Position numbers and translations under genes: made by a program | Source: an uncultured delta proteobacterium | GTDB taxonomy: Bacteria; Desulfobacterota; RBG-13-43-22 | Assembly (NCBI GenBank): GCA_963790475.1 | Contig: CAWBOS010000010.1 | Coordinates: 1,184,001 to 1,248,000 of the forward strand | Direction: 5' to 3' | DNA length: 64,000 nucleotides | The notes under the pieces: model-generated | Databases searched by the model: none | Seen by the model: only the letters and a program-made list of their open reading frames with translations | Told to the model about the DNA's origin: nothing | Shown: positions 28,514 through 39,248 of the stretch, piece by piece | How the letters are laid out: each line of letters begins with the position of its first letter | Numbering within the stretch: the first letter of the stretch is position 1

Positions 28514-29671
28514 TTAAGCCCGGTTCGGGGAATAACCCAAAGCCGTATTGGCCACAATGGTGGTGTGCATATTCGAAGTCCCTTCCAGGGTCTCAAATTG
28601 CTTGGAATCCCTCAAGAAGCGTCCGCAGGGATATTCATCGGAATACCCGAAGGAACCGAACAACTTCATGCACTCATTGGCGGCGTGGACCACGACCTTG
28701 GCCCCATACAGTTTGGACATGGAGGTCTCCATGACATTCGGCTGTCCCAGGTCCTTGAGCCAGGCCGCCTTGTAAACCAGGGCCGCCAGGGACTCATGTT
28801 CCATCTTCATTTCGGCGATCTGCTGTTGAATCAATTGGAATTTCCCGATCTGCTGACCGAACTGGGACCTTTCGTTGGCATACTTGATCGATTCCTCCAA
28901 TATAGCCCCGGAAAGTCCGAGGGAACCGGCGGAACAGCCGAGTCGGGTGCTGTTCAATTGGGTCATACACATCTGAAAACCCCTATTGACCTGACCGAGG
29001 ACCAGGGTTTTGGGCACCTTGACGTCTTCAAAGGTGAGCTCCGCCGTATCGGAGGCCTTAAGGCCTACTTTATCGTGAATTTTTCTCCGGGTGATACCGG
29101 GAAGACTGTAATCCATAATGAAACAGGTAACCCCCTTGGCCCCGGCGTCTTTGTCCGTTTTCACATAAAGCAAACCGTGGGTAGTGACCGTTCCGTTGGT
29201 GATCCACATCTTGTTCCCGTTGATCAGATAATAATCCCCTTTGTCTTCAGCCCGGCATTTCATCCCGGCCACATCGGAACCGACATCGGTTTCAGTCATG
29301 GCAAAACTGCCGATATATTCCCCGCTGACGAACTTGGGGATATATTGTTTTTTCTGTTCATCCGTTCCGAATTTTTGGATGGTCAAGGCCGGACCCCAGC
29401 ATTGCATGTTAAAAGGCATTCGCCAGGAGGTGTGGACCTTGGCCACCTGCTCGATGGCCAGGGTTCCTTCCAAAAAGCCCATGCCGTTGCCTCCGTATTG
29501 TTCTTCGATACAGAAACCGAAAAAACCCAATTCGGCCATTTTGTCAAAGATCTCTTTGCGCCAGTGCTCATTTTTCTCGTCTTCTTCGACGTGAGGTTTG
29601 ATTTCATTTTCCGCAAAATTTTTAGCCATATCCTGAAGCATTTTCTGTTCTTCGGTCAAGGCGAAATTCAT
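28514..29671 (-). CDS. Acyl-CoA dehydrogenase (resembles non-decarboxylating glutaryl-CoA dehydrogenase clade)
   Basis: FAMTE..GSD, NGNKMWITNG, ERSQFG, GYS.EYP..R..RD, EGTSN, C-terminal NRA. Confidence 0.93.
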   Translation of the reverse strand: MNFALTEEQKMLQDMAKNFAENEIKPHVEEDEKNEHWRKEIFDKMAELGFFGFCIEEQYGGNGMGFLEGTLAIEQVAKVHTSWRMPFNMQCWGPALTIQKFGTDEQKKQYIPKFVSGEYIGSFAMTETDVGSDVAGMKCRAEDKGDYYLINGNKMWITNGTVTTHGLLYVKTDKDAGAKGVTCFIMDYSLPGITRRKIHDKVGLKASDTAELTFEDVKVPKTLVLGQVNRGFQMCMTQLNSTRLGCSAGSLGLSGAILEESIKYANERSQFGQQIGKFQLIQQQIAEMKMEHESLAALVYKAAWLKDLGQPNVMETSMSKLYGAKVVVHAANECMKLFGSFGYSDEYPCGRFLRDSKQFETLEGTSNMHTTIVANTALGYSPNRA

Positions 29672-29907
29672 CGTATTTCCTCCTGATTCATGGATTACTT
29701 TTATTGATTGATCGGAGCGTTTTTTTCCGCTATAGAAATATAGAGAAAAGAACAATATCCGTCAAGAAGGAAATGACCCTTATCCTTCTATTCTCTTGGT
29801 AACATTTAATTATGATTCAATTGGGCGACCATTATTGACTTTTGCTATAATCTTAACTGCCCTGAAAGAATTCAACAGGGGAAACCCGTAATGAAGGAGG
29901 AGCTTCA

Positions 29908-31341
29908 ATGAAGACCATTCTCGAACCACAGAAAAAAATCCCGGTCATTGATGAAGCCGATGTGATCGTTGTCGGCGGCGGGCCTGCCGGTATTGGCGCG
30001 GCCCTGGCCTCTGCCCGTAACGGGGCCAAGACCATACTCCTGGAACGCTTCGGCAGTTTGGGCGGATTGCAGACCCAGGGGTTTAACGCCTCCTTTTCCT
30101 TTATCGATCCTGAAATCCAAGGCGGGGTTATTTCGGATATCATTTACGGCTTAAAAAGAAACGGCGGTCTCATCCGGGACACCTCGGCCGACACCCGCAT
30201 CGGCAAAGGCATGGGCGGCATATTCTTCGACATCGAGAGCTACAAATTTCTTTTGGACAACCTGATCCTGGAGGCCGGGGTCAAACCCATGTATCACGTC
30301 TTTGGCGCTTCGGCCATCAAAGAGAACCATAAAATCAAGGCCGTCATCATTGAGAGTAAGGAGGGTCGTCAGGCGGTCTTGGGAAAAGTGATCGTCGACA
30401 CCACAGGCAGCGCCGACATCGCCTGGAAGTCCGGCGCGCCCTGCCTGGATGAGGGCTTTCCCCGAGGTCCGAAGAAGGGACGTCATTCGGGGTTCGGCTA
30501 TACCTTTTTCTTCGGCGGTGTCGACTATGCCAAATTAAAGGCCTTTCGAAAAGAAAATCCCGAAGAATGGGGCGGTTTGTTTGGCGGCCGAGAACTGATC
30601 AAGAAGTCCAAAGCCAATGGAGCACTCTATGGAAACCGCGCCGCTTTCCTTTTGAGCGAGATTTGGGGTCATGGATCTATTTGGATTCTGGGTCCCCAAT
30701 ATCCTTTGCCCAGGGGACATCATGGCTGGCTCACCGCGGACATCACCAGCGGGGAAATCGATCTGCGGAAACAGGCCTGGTCCATGTACCATCTGTTAAG
30801 GAAGAATGTACCGGGCTTTGAGAAATCTTATATAGAAAAAACGCCCAATTCCCTGATGCTGAGAGATACGCACCGCCTGCTGGGCGAATATGTCCTGACG
30901 GAAAAGGATATGCGACAGGGGAAGGTCTTTGCTGATTCCATCGCCATCAGCAATATGTGCCCCGACGTCTTCGGCCCCGATGATGAACACGAGTGGATGG
31001 GCGATATCCCCCCCTACGACATTCCTTACCGCTGTCTCCTGTCCAAAGAGACCGAGAACCTTCTGGCCGCCGGTTCGACCATGTCCGCGGATTTTATCAC
31101 CTTCTGTGCCACCCGCTACTGCACTCCCAGTGTCTGCACCGGGCAGGCAGCAGGTACGGCCGCCGCCTTATCGGCCAAGAATAATGTGAGCCCCAAGAGA
31201 CTCGAGGTGAAACTCTTGCAGGATACCTTAAGCGGGCAGGGAGCCCGCATCAGTGTCAAACACCTGGCCAAATCTGTTTTTAATGAATACCAAAAAAAGG
31301 CCCAACAAGCCCAGGAAAGAATAAGAAACCACGCCTTCTGA
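29908..31341 (+). CDS. FAD-dependent oxidoreductase (FAD_oxidored type)
   Basis: DVIVVGGGPAG, LERFGSLGG, VDTTGSAD, YDIPYRCL, GQAAG.AAAL. Confidence 0.9.
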   Translation: MKTILEPQKKIPVIDEADVIVVGGGPAGIGAALASARNGAKTILLERFGSLGGLQTQGFNASFSFIDPEIQGGVISDIIYGLKRNGGLIRDTSADTRIGKGMGGIFFDIESYKFLLDNLILEAGVKPMYHVFGASAIKENHKIKAVIIESKEGRQAVLGKVIVDTTGSADIAWKSGAPCLDEGFPRGPKKGRHSGFGYTFFFGGVDYAKLKAFRKENPEEWGGLFGGRELIKKSKANGALYGNRAAFLLSEIWGHGSIWILGPQYPLPRGHHGWLTADITSGEIDLRKQAWSMYHLLRKNVPGFEKSYIEKTPNSLMLRDTHRLLGEYVLTEKDMRQGKVFADSIAISNMCPDVFGPDDEHEWMGDIPPYDIPYRCLLSKETENLLAAGSTMSADFITFCATRYCTPSVCTGQAAGTAAALSAKNNVSPKRLEVKLLQDTLSGQGARISVKHLAKSVFNEYQKKAQQAQERIRNHAF

Positions 31342-31363
31342 TTTGCCGCTCCGGACATCGGTC

Positions 31364-31400
31364 ATTCAATGACCTCCGCTTCTATTGGAGGTCATTGAAT
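31364..31400 (+). terminator. Hairpin downstream of FAD oxidoreductase
   Basis: attcaatgacctcc…ggaggtcattgaat. Confidence 0.55.
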
Positions 31401-31520
31401 CGGCTTCTATCCTTTCCCTTTCTCCCGGCCAGGAATTCAACCAGCAAACAGTAATAATTAACTGATGATTTATTTGTTTTCCTAAATCTCAGTGCGCAAA
31501 ATATGTAAAACAAATTTCCC

Positions 31521-31549
31521 TTGACAGGGTTGAATCACCTTAATACTAT
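31521..31549 (+). promoter_or_regulatory. Sigma70 promoter of ABC operon 1
   Basis: TTGACA-17 bp-TACTAT. Confidence 0.5.
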
Positions 31550-31648
31550 CTTCTCATCAGCAGAACATTTTTTTATCTTTTCAGCACTCGTTAATGACCA
31601 AAGAAGAAGGGCCAACCCACACACCAACATAATTAAACAGGAGGTTTT

Positions 31649-32902
31649 ATGAAGAGCAATGGTAAAAAGGTAAGTGGAGGACTCAATCGGAGAGAATTTT
31701 TGAAGGGAACGGCAGCGGCAGCAGCCGCTACAGCGGTGTCGGGTCCTTTTTTTCTGGCCCGGGCTGCCAAACCGGAAATTCGGGTGGGTATGACCCTGAC
31801 CTATTCCGGGGTTTATGCCGTCGTCGGGAAACGGGTGGAAAATGGAGCCAGGTTGGCCTTTGCCCTGTCCAAATACAAGGACCAGGTCAAGTTCTTCCCC
31901 GAAGATACCCAGGGCAAACCCAATGTAGCCATTGAAAAAGCCCAAAAACTTTTCGAGAAAGACCAAATTCACATGTTGGTGGGTCCTATCGCCGGCCATG
32001 AATCTTTAGCCGTCAGCGAGATGCTCAAGCCGAAAAAGAAATTGATGCTCCTGGCCTACGGGGCCAATATCAAACTTTGCGGCGAGTCTTGCAGCCGTTA
32101 CACCTTCCTTTGCGGCCACACCCCGTGGAACCAGAGCTATCCGGCCGTAGACTGGTTCCTGAAGACTCTGGGAAAAAAGGTTTATCTGATCGGAGCCGAT
32201 TATTCCACCGGTCATGAAGTCGTCAAATTTTTCAAGGAACCTTTTGAGAAAAAAGGCGGTCAGGTGGTGGGGTCCTTTTTTGCACCACTGGGAACGACTG
32301 AGTTTGCACCCTACTTGGCCAAAATCAAAAGCGCCAGTCCCAAACCGGACGGCATCTTCGGTTTTATCGGTGGAAATGATCTGGTAAATTTCGTCAAGCA
32401 GTATGACGAGTTCGGCCTCCGGAAAGAAAATATCCCCATCATCGTCGGCTTAGGGGGATTCGGACCGGCTTTGCTCCCAGCCATGGGCGATGCCGCCGTC
32501 GGTAATTACCATGTCTTTCATTACAGTGATTGGCTGGAAAATAAGGAAAATGAGGCTTTTAAAACCGCTTATGCCAAAATGTTTCCTGGTGAACTGGCGG
32601 AAGAATCCGCTGTTCTGGGTTACGAAGTCGGAACGATGATGGTCAAAGGGCTGGATTATGCCGGCGGCAACCCGGAGGATACAGAAAAGATCATCAACGG
32701 TATCGAAAAAGTGAACTATCGGAGCCCCCGTGGTCAGATCAAGATGGATCCGAACCATGTAGCCAATGTGCCGATTTACATATTCCAGGTGGTAAAAAAG
32801 GATGGCAAGTTAATGCTTAGAACAGCGGCCAGCTTAGGAAACTTTGGCACACCCTATTCCGGTCCGGATGCCCCCGGCGGCGAATGTAAAATGACCAAAT
32901 AG
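31649..32902 (+). CDS. Liv-type ABC substrate-binding protein with Tat signal
   Basis: NRREFLK Tat motif; ED..GKP; T.EFAPYL; SPRG. Confidence 0.92.
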   Translation: MKSNGKKVSGGLNRREFLKGTAAAAAATAVSGPFFLARAAKPEIRVGMTLTYSGVYAVVGKRVENGARLAFALSKYKDQVKFFPEDTQGKPNVAIEKAQKLFEKDQIHMLVGPIAGHESLAVSEMLKPKKKLMLLAYGANIKLCGESCSRYTFLCGHTPWNQSYPAVDWFLKTLGKKVYLIGADYSTGHEVVKFFKEPFEKKGGQVVGSFFAPLGTTEFAPYLAKIKSASPKPDGIFGFIGGNDLVNFVKQYDEFGLRKENIPIIVGLGGFGPALLPAMGDAAVGNYHVFHYSDWLENKENEAFKTAYAKMFPGELAEESAVLGYEVGTMMVKGLDYAGGNPEDTEKIINGIEKVNYRSPRGQIKMDPNHVANVPIYIFQVVKKDGKLMLRTAASLGNFGTPYSGPDAPGGECKMTK

Positions 32903-32929
32903 GAACTAAGCAAGGTATTTCAAATTCTG

Positions 32930-32963
32930 AAACGGTCAAAGAAGGTCTTCCCTTTGGCCGTTT
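32930..32963 (+). terminator. Intercistronic hairpin after SBP gene
   Basis: aaacggtcaaag…ctttggccgttt. Confidence 0.5.
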
Positions 32964-33015
32964 ATAAAAATTAGAGATGAAATCTCAGATTTATGATGAA
33001 AGAATCTAAAAGCCC

Positions 33016-33879
33016 TTGGACCTTTCTCTTTTATTGACCAACCTCCTTTACGGGGTCACCATCGGCAGCGCCTTGATCCTCATCGCCAGCGGGCTTTCCT
33101 TGACCTTCGGGGTGATGGGTGTTCTCAACTTTGCCCATGGCGGCCTCTGTATGCTGGGGGCTTACTTAGGCTATACCCTGGTTCAGATAACCGGGAACTT
33201 CTGGCTTTCTCTGATTGTGGCCCCCCTGATCGTGGCTGGGATCGGTATTTTATTGGAAGCCTTCACCATCCGTCCTCTCTATGGTCTGAACCCCTTATAC
33301 CAGCTTCTTCTGACGGTCGGGCTGGCCATGATCATTGCCAATGTGGTTTTACTGACTTGGGGAGGGGATCAGCTATCGATCACCCTCCCCCCTTATTTTA
33401 AAGGCTATGTCCATTTCTTTGGTCTGGATTATCCCCGATTTCGTCTTTTCGTGCTCCTTTTCAGCGCGACCATAGCCGGGATTCTCTGGATCACTATCAG
33501 ACGCACTAAATGGGGTATTGTGATCCGGGCCGGCATGCACGACTTGGAAACGGTCAGTGCCTTCGGCATCAACATCTACCGGGTTTTCACCATCGTTTTT
33601 GCCATCGGTGCCGGCCTGGCCGCCCTGGCCGGGGTCATCATCGGATCCATGCGGGCCATCAATCCCGAGATGGACTTTGAGTTGTTGACCAGCGCGCTGC
33701 TGGTGGTAGTTATCGGCGGTATGGGTTCTTTTCGGGGAGCGGTGGTCGGTTCGCTCCTCCTGGGTATTACCGATGCCTTCGGGGCTCAATTTTTTACCGG
33801 CGCGGCTAAGTTTTCGGTCTGGTTTCTGATGGTCGTCGTTCTCCTCTTTAGGCCGGAAGGCCTGTTCAAGGAGGATTAA
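33016..33879 (+). CDS. livH: Liv-type ABC permease
   Basis: GLSLTFGVMGVLNFAHG; VVIGGMGS; RPEGLF. Confidence 0.92.
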   Translation: MDLSLLLTNLLYGVTIGSALILIASGLSLTFGVMGVLNFAHGGLCMLGAYLGYTLVQITGNFWLSLIVAPLIVAGIGILLEAFTIRPLYGLNPLYQLLLTVGLAMIIANVVLLTWGGDQLSITLPPYFKGYVHFFGLDYPRFRLFVLLFSATIAGILWITIRRTKWGIVIRAGMHDLETVSAFGINIYRVFTIVFAIGAGLAALAGVIIGSMRAINPEMDFELLTSALLVVVIGGMGSFRGAVVGSLLLGITDAFGAQFFTGAAKFSVWFLMVVVLLFRPEGLFKED

Positions 33880-33880
33880 G

Positions 33881-34846
33881 GTGAAACGCCGCTATTGGAT
33901 CTGGATCGTTCTGGCCGCCTTGTTAGCCTTTCCCTTAGGGGCTAATTTCCTTTACAGCAGTTTCTATATCTCTCTGCTCACCCGGATTTTTATTTATGCC
34001 ATAATCGTGCTTGGCTTTGACTTGCTGGCCGGATATACCGGCATGGTTTCCTATGGTCACGCCCTGTTTTTCGGCACCGGGGCCTATCTGACCGGCATGA
34101 TACTTAAACATTGGACCGCCTGGTTTTGGCCGCCGATTTTTATCACCATTGTCGCCAGTGCCGGTATCGCTTATATTATCGGTTTATTATCCATCCGCAC
34201 CCGTGAAATTTATTTTGTTTTTCTGACCTTTGCTTTTGCCCAGTTCTTTTTCGTCACTGCCAACAGCTTGGATTTTATCGGGGCCTCCAACGGTCTTTCC
34301 GCCGTTCCCAAACCGATTATCTTTCCGGGAATAAGTCTTTCCGGGGAAAATGCCTTTTATTATTTTGCCCTATCCTGCCTGGTCGCCGGCTATCTATTGG
34401 CCCGCTTGATCACTCAAAGCGCCTTTGGCCGGGTCATGGTCGGTATCAGGGAGAATGAGGAAAGGACCAAATTTTTAGGATACGATACCCGCCAGACCAT
34501 TCTGCGGGTATTTATCATTTCCGGGATATACGGCGGATTTGCCGGTGCCCTCTTAGCGGCCTTCAACTCTTTTGTTTCCCCGAACCTTTATCACCCGGCC
34601 GTTTCCGGAGAGATCATTATGATGGCCCTTTTAGGAGGGATGGGCACCCTGATAGGCCCGGTGATCGGTTCCGGGCTGGTCATCATTCTGGGGGACATCC
34701 TTTCCAGCTGGCTGGCGGAGTCCTGGATGATGATCCTGGGTGCCGTCTTTGTAATCATTATCTTATTCAGCCCCGGAGGGATCATGGCCCTCAGCCGCAA
34801 AATCAGCGAACGGTTGAAAATTGGGAGAGACCATGGCCCTTCTTGA
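33881..34846 (+). CDS. livM: Liv-type ABC permease
   Basis: GYTGMVSYGH; IRENE; LGGMGTL.GP. Confidence 0.92.
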   Translation: MKRRYWIWIVLAALLAFPLGANFLYSSFYISLLTRIFIYAIIVLGFDLLAGYTGMVSYGHALFFGTGAYLTGMILKHWTAWFWPPIFITIVASAGIAYIIGLLSIRTREIYFVFLTFAFAQFFFVTANSLDFIGASNGLSAVPKPIIFPGISLSGENAFYYFALSCLVAGYLLARLITQSAFGRVMVGIRENEERTKFLGYDTRQTILRVFIISGIYGGFAGALLAAFNSFVSPNLYHPAVSGEIIMMALLGGMGTLIGPVIGSGLVIILGDILSSWLAESWMMILGAVFVIIILFSPGGIMALSRKISERLKIGRDHGPS

Positions 34847-35573
34847 ATTACGCGGGGTTGGAAAAAGCTTCGGCGCCCTTGAGGTCCTGTCTCAGATCGA
34901 TCTTGACGTCGAAGCGGGTAAAATTACCAGCGTGATCGGACCGAACGGGGCCGGAAAGACGACCCTTTTTAATGTCATCTCCGGGCGTTTTCCGGCCAGT
35001 TCCGGGACCATCCTTTTCCAGGGACGCGACATTGCCCGACTGAAAGATCATGAAATAACCCTGGCCGGGCTGGCCCGCTCCTTTCAGATCACCAATATCT
35101 TCCAGAGATTGACGGTTTGGGAAAATATCTTTCTGGCCGTGCAAACCAGGTCCACAAAAAGAATGAGCCTTTTTACCCGTTTTCAGAAAATGGACAGCGT
35201 CAAAAGCCGGACCGGAGAGATCCTGAAACGGGTTGGTCTCGATCAATGGAAGGATAGTCCTGCCGGCCAGCTCAGCCATGGAGACCAGCGCCACCTGGAA
35301 ATAGGGATGACTTTGGCCACCGGCCCGGAGCTTCTCCTTTTGGATGAGCCCACCAGCGGTATGTCCCCGATCGAGGCTTCCCAGACCATGGATCTGATCG
35401 AGGACCTCTCCCGGGACTGCACCATTTTTCTCATTGAGCATAACATGGATATTGTCATGAACATTTCCGACCACATCTTTGTTCTGAATTTCGGCCGAAA
35501 AATCGCCGAAGGATCCCCGGAAGAAGTGGCCGATGATCCGGAAGTGTGCCGGGTATATTTGGGAGGGATATGA
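34833..35573 (+). CDS. livG: Liv-type ABC ATPase
   Basis: GPNGAGKT; LLLDEP; IEH. Confidence 0.93.
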   Translation: MALLELRGVGKSFGALEVLSQIDLDVEAGKITSVIGPNGAGKTTLFNVISGRFPASSGTILFQGRDIARLKDHEITLAGLARSFQITNIFQRLTVWENIFLAVQTRSTKRMSLFTRFQKMDSVKSRTGEILKRVGLDQWKDSPAGQLSHGDQRHLEIGMTLATGPELLLLDEPTSGMSPIEASQTMDLIEDLSRDCTIFLIEHNMDIVMNISDHIFVLNFGRKIAEGSPEEVADDPEVCRVYLGGI

Positions 35574-36313
35574 GTGCTCTGACCCTGGAAGCGATTCACA
35601 GTTATTATGGGAACAGCCATGTCCTGCAGGGGATATCGTTGGAAGTGCAGGAAGGGGAAGTGGTTTGTTTGTTGGGAAGAAATGGGGCCGGAAAGACCAC
35701 CACCATCCGTTCTATTATCGGGTTGACCCCCCCTCGAGAAGGAAAGGTCCGGATATTCGGACGGGAGATGCAGGGGAAGAAACCTTACGAAATCTTTCAC
35801 AGTGGTCTGCGGCTCATCCCCCAAGGCCGGCATGTATTTCCCATGCTGACCGTGGAAGAGAATTTAAGATTGGCCCTGGTAGCCACCGGCATCAAAGATG
35901 AGCGGGGAGAGCTGGACAAGGCCTACGCCATGTTTCCCGTTCTCAAAGAAAAAAGACAGGATCGGAGTCGGACTCTGTCCGGCGGACAATTGCAGATGGT
36001 GGCCAATGCCCGGGCCCTCATGGGTCCGGCAAAGCTGATTCTCATGGATGAGCCGACCGAAGGGTTGTCCCCTATCCTTATTGAACAGATCGGCCAATCC
36101 ATTTTGGAAATGAAACAAAGTGGAAAGACTATCCTGCTGGCCGAGCAGCATCTGCAGATGGCCCTGGCCGCCGGGGACCGTCATTATATTATCGATAACG
36201 GCCATCTGGTTTTCCAGGGGACTTCAGAAGATATCCAGGCCAATGAAGAAATCAAAGCCACCTATTTAGGCGTTTCCAAAAAACGCATCGTTTCAAAAAG
36301 AGGAGAATGCTGA
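35570..36313 (+). CDS. livF: Liv-type ABC ATPase
   Basis: GRNGAGKT; LSGGQ; MDEPTEGL. Confidence 0.93.
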   Translation: MSALTLEAIHSYYGNSHVLQGISLEVQEGEVVCLLGRNGAGKTTTIRSIIGLTPPREGKVRIFGREMQGKKPYEIFHSGLRLIPQGRHVFPMLTVEENLRLALVATGIKDERGELDKAYAMFPVLKEKRQDRSRTLSGGQLQMVANARALMGPAKLILMDEPTEGLSPILIEQIGQSILEMKQSGKTILLAEQHLQMALAAGDRHYIIDNGHLVFQGTSEDIQANEEIKATYLGVSKKRIVSKRGEC

Positions 36314-36315
36314 CA

Positions 36316-37158
36316 ATGAAATGGAAAATTCATGTACTCTACCTTGGGGATATTACCATTCCCAAAGCCATGGGGACCATGGGTCTGGATTTGAACCTGG
36401 TCTTTCCGGCCCCCTATTTGGCTTTTCTGCTGGAATCCGGTCTTGGCAAAATTCTGGTGGATACGGGCATTCATTCCCGTTTCATCGTCGATGGGAAGGC
36501 CTGGGCCGGGGCCCCGGCCAAAGGAGGAGAGTCTTTTTTATTGAAAGCCTTGAAAAAGCACCGGACGCTTCCGGAGGAAATCGAAACGGTACTTTATACC
36601 CATCTCCACAACGATCACGCCGGGAACGGCCATCTCTTTCCAAAAGCCCTTCATGTTTTCCATTATGACGAATGGAACGAACTCGTCAATCCCCTCCCTT
36701 CAATGCGCATCAGACAGGATTTCGATCCGGCGGTCATTCCCATCCTGGAAACGTTTCGCTGTCGAAAGGTGGTCGGCGATGGGGAGTTTACTGAAGGCAT
36801 CCGTTATTATCATACTCCGGGACATACCATTGGCGGTCTGACCTTCGCCATAGATACCTTGGACGGCCCCTATGTTATCCCCGGTGATATCGTCAATATC
36901 TACCAGAACATGTTTCCGAAGATGTCCTGGATGCTGGGATTGGATGGAAAACGGCTTGACATAACTCCGGCCCCTGAGCGATACGGCCCCCTCGGGGTTC
37001 CTTCCGGAATTCTCTATGATCACTATGCCTGGTATCGATCGATCTGGAAGATTCGAGGATTACTGAAAACACCCAAACATCTGCTTCCCTGCCATGAACC
37101 GGCTATCAGCGGCAAAACTTTCCCGGGGGACAGCATCGACCTGGACATCCCGGAATAA
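36316..37158 (+). CDS. Metallo-beta-lactamase-fold AHL-lactonase-family protein
   Basis: LVDTG, THLHNDHAG, TPGHT, PGD, PCHE. Confidence 0.88.
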   Translation: MKWKIHVLYLGDITIPKAMGTMGLDLNLVFPAPYLAFLLESGLGKILVDTGIHSRFIVDGKAWAGAPAKGGESFLLKALKKHRTLPEEIETVLYTHLHNDHAGNGHLFPKALHVFHYDEWNELVNPLPSMRIRQDFDPAVIPILETFRCRKVVGDGEFTEGIRYYHTPGHTIGGLTFAIDTLDGPYVIPGDIVNIYQNMFPKMSWMLGLDGKRLDITPAPERYGPLGVPSGILYDHYAWYRSIWKIRGLLKTPKHLLPCHEPAISGKTFPGDSIDLDIPE

Positions 37159-37258
37159 ACAGTACTAAAAGGCTTTATCCCAATTCGCGGATAAGAGAAA
37201 AATACAAAATCGGATGATAATAGCAATCAACCTACTATTCAAAATAAAGGAGAGTTAA

Positions 37259-38122
37259 GTGGAAAAAGTTATCATCAGTGCCGCCCTTACCGGAGCAGCC
37301 ACGCGAAAAGAACAAAACCCGGCAGTCCCCTACACCCCTCAGGAATTTGCCGATGAGTCTTATAAATGCTGGAAGGCCGGAGCGGCTATTGTGCATATCC
37401 ACGTCCGCGACCCGAAGACGGGCTTCCCCACGGCGGAACTTCCCTTGATCCGGGAGACCATCGACGCCATACGGAACAAATGTCCGGAAGTGATTCTGAA
37501 CATGAGTTCGGCCATTGGGGTCGGATTCAGCAACGAACAGCGGATCGCCCCCATTGTGGAAATGAAACCGGAACTGGCCTCTTTGAACACCAATTCCATG
37601 AACTTTTCCATAGCCGATCATAAAACAGGGCAGATCGTAATGAACGGAGACGCCATCTTTGAAAACACCTTCAATATGATGATTGATTTTGCCATTCAAA
37701 TGCGTCAAAACAGGGTCAAACCGGAATGTGAGGCCTACGACTTCGGCGGTATTTATAATATCCTTCTGGTCCGCAAACAGGGCCTCTTCGAAGAACCCAT
37801 GCACTTCCAACTCGTTTTCGGCGTGGCCGGAGGCGTTCCCTTTACCCCTCTGAATATGGTTCATATGCAAAGTCTTCTTCCCCCTGATGCCACCTGGTCG
37901 GTCTGTGGTGTGGGGCCTAATCAATATCCAGCCGCTATCCAGGCCTCAATCATGGGGGGACATATTCGGGTCGGGCTGGAAGATAATATTCGGGTGTTGA
38001 GGGGAAAGATGGCTAAAGGAAGCTGGGAACAGGTTGAAGTGGCCAAAAGGATCATAGAGCTGGCCGAAAGGGATGTGGCCACAGCGGATGAAGCCCGGGA
38101 GATCCTGAATCTGCATAGGTAG
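37259..38122 (+). CDS. Beta-keto acid cleavage enzyme (BKACE/Kce, DUF849)
   Basis: AALTGA, PYTP.E, AGAAIVHIHVRD, KPECEAYD, GGHIRVGLED. Confidence 0.93.
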   Translation: MEKVIISAALTGAATRKEQNPAVPYTPQEFADESYKCWKAGAAIVHIHVRDPKTGFPTAELPLIRETIDAIRNKCPEVILNMSSAIGVGFSNEQRIAPIVEMKPELASLNTNSMNFSIADHKTGQIVMNGDAIFENTFNMMIDFAIQMRQNRVKPECEAYDFGGIYNILLVRKQGLFEEPMHFQLVFGVAGGVPFTPLNMVHMQSLLPPDATWSVCGVGPNQYPAAIQASIMGGHIRVGLEDNIRVLRGKMAKGSWEQVEVAKRIIELAERDVATADEAREILNLHR

Positions 38123-38261
38123 TGTAGTGTATCCGTAATCACTTTACAGTCTTGTCATTCCGGACTTGATCCGGAATCCAGTCTTTCAACCCTGGATTCC
38201 CGCTTTCGCGGGAATGACGGGATAGGGACATTGTAAAGGAAACATAGAAACACTACAGTAG
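38120..38261. repeat. MITE-like palindromic element
   Basis: Outer IR tagtgtagtgt…acactacagta; core gtcattccggacttgatccggaatccag…ctggattcccgctttcgcgggaatgac. Confidence 0.8.
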
Positions 38262-38321
38262 TATATACTCGGCCAGTTGCCAAACTTACATTTGCTATAA
38301 CAGGGATAGGGAATAAATTCT

Positions 38322-39113
38322 CTCTGCTATATAGAAGACATTAAAGATACCAGGGCATTCCTCAACGCCCTGGGCCGGACGACGGCCGAAAAGCCGGTCA
38401 TCATCCTCAAAGGCGGGAGAACGGAGACCGGAGCAAGAGCGGCCGCCAGCCACACCGGCGCTATGGCCAGTGACTACACTATCTGGTCTTCTGCGGTAAG
38501 ACAGTATGGAGGGATTTTAGTCGATGATTTCGATCAGATGATGAATCTGGTCATGCTCAGTACGGGGGAAAAAACACTGGGAGGAAAACGGGTGGGATTC
38601 TTCGGCGCAGGAGGAGGGATATCCGTTCTTTTCACCGATCTTGCCCTGCAGGCGGGGCTTTCACTGCCGGAATTGAGCGAAAAAACACAACGGATGATCG
38701 CTAAGAAAATCAAAGGCGTCAACACCTCGACGGCAAACCCCGTCGATCTGGGCGCCTTTGGCTTTGACCTCAAAGTCATGTCTCATACCATGAAGGCCCT
38801 GGATGAGGATGACGGCATCGATGTAATCATCCCCTATTTTTCCGTCGAGTACATCATGCGGTCGGAAATCTTTCTCAATGTGAAAAACAACGAGCAGACC
38901 TTTTTCGATATGGCCGAAGAAATAAAAAAGCCGATTATACCTATCCTTTCCTGTTTTACGGATGATAATCTTGATGTCGAGCGTTCCAGAATTTCCACTT
39001 TTTCCGCTTTGCGAAGGGCGGGCTTACCAGTGTACCCCAAAATACAGGACGCAATTTATTCTATCGGTATTTACTGGGAATGGGTGGCCAAACAAACAGC
39101 GGCCAAAAAGTAG
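38322..39113 (+). pseudogene. 5'-truncated NDP-forming acyl-CoA synthetase alpha-type subunit
   Basis: In-frame CYIEDIKD…KPVIILKGGRTETGARAAASHTGAMAS upstream of the 38463 ATG; CoA-binding N-terminus absent. Confidence 0.8.
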
Positions 39114-39248
39114 CCAAATCTACTTGAAATTTTGGGAGGTCATCGGTAGTCTTTGGTAAAGGGTTAGAGATAAATCCTCGGATGATCTGATGAAAAAATC
39201 TGAGCCGATTTCGGCCTTGATTTGGATAAAGGGGATTTTGTGATTGGG

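Noticed and set aside
28382-29686. 434-aa plus-strand ORF
   Set aside because: Antisense shadow of the acyl-CoA dehydrogenase; no motifs. The same applies to 45478-46287, 9191-9856, 11669-12382 and 3467-4105.
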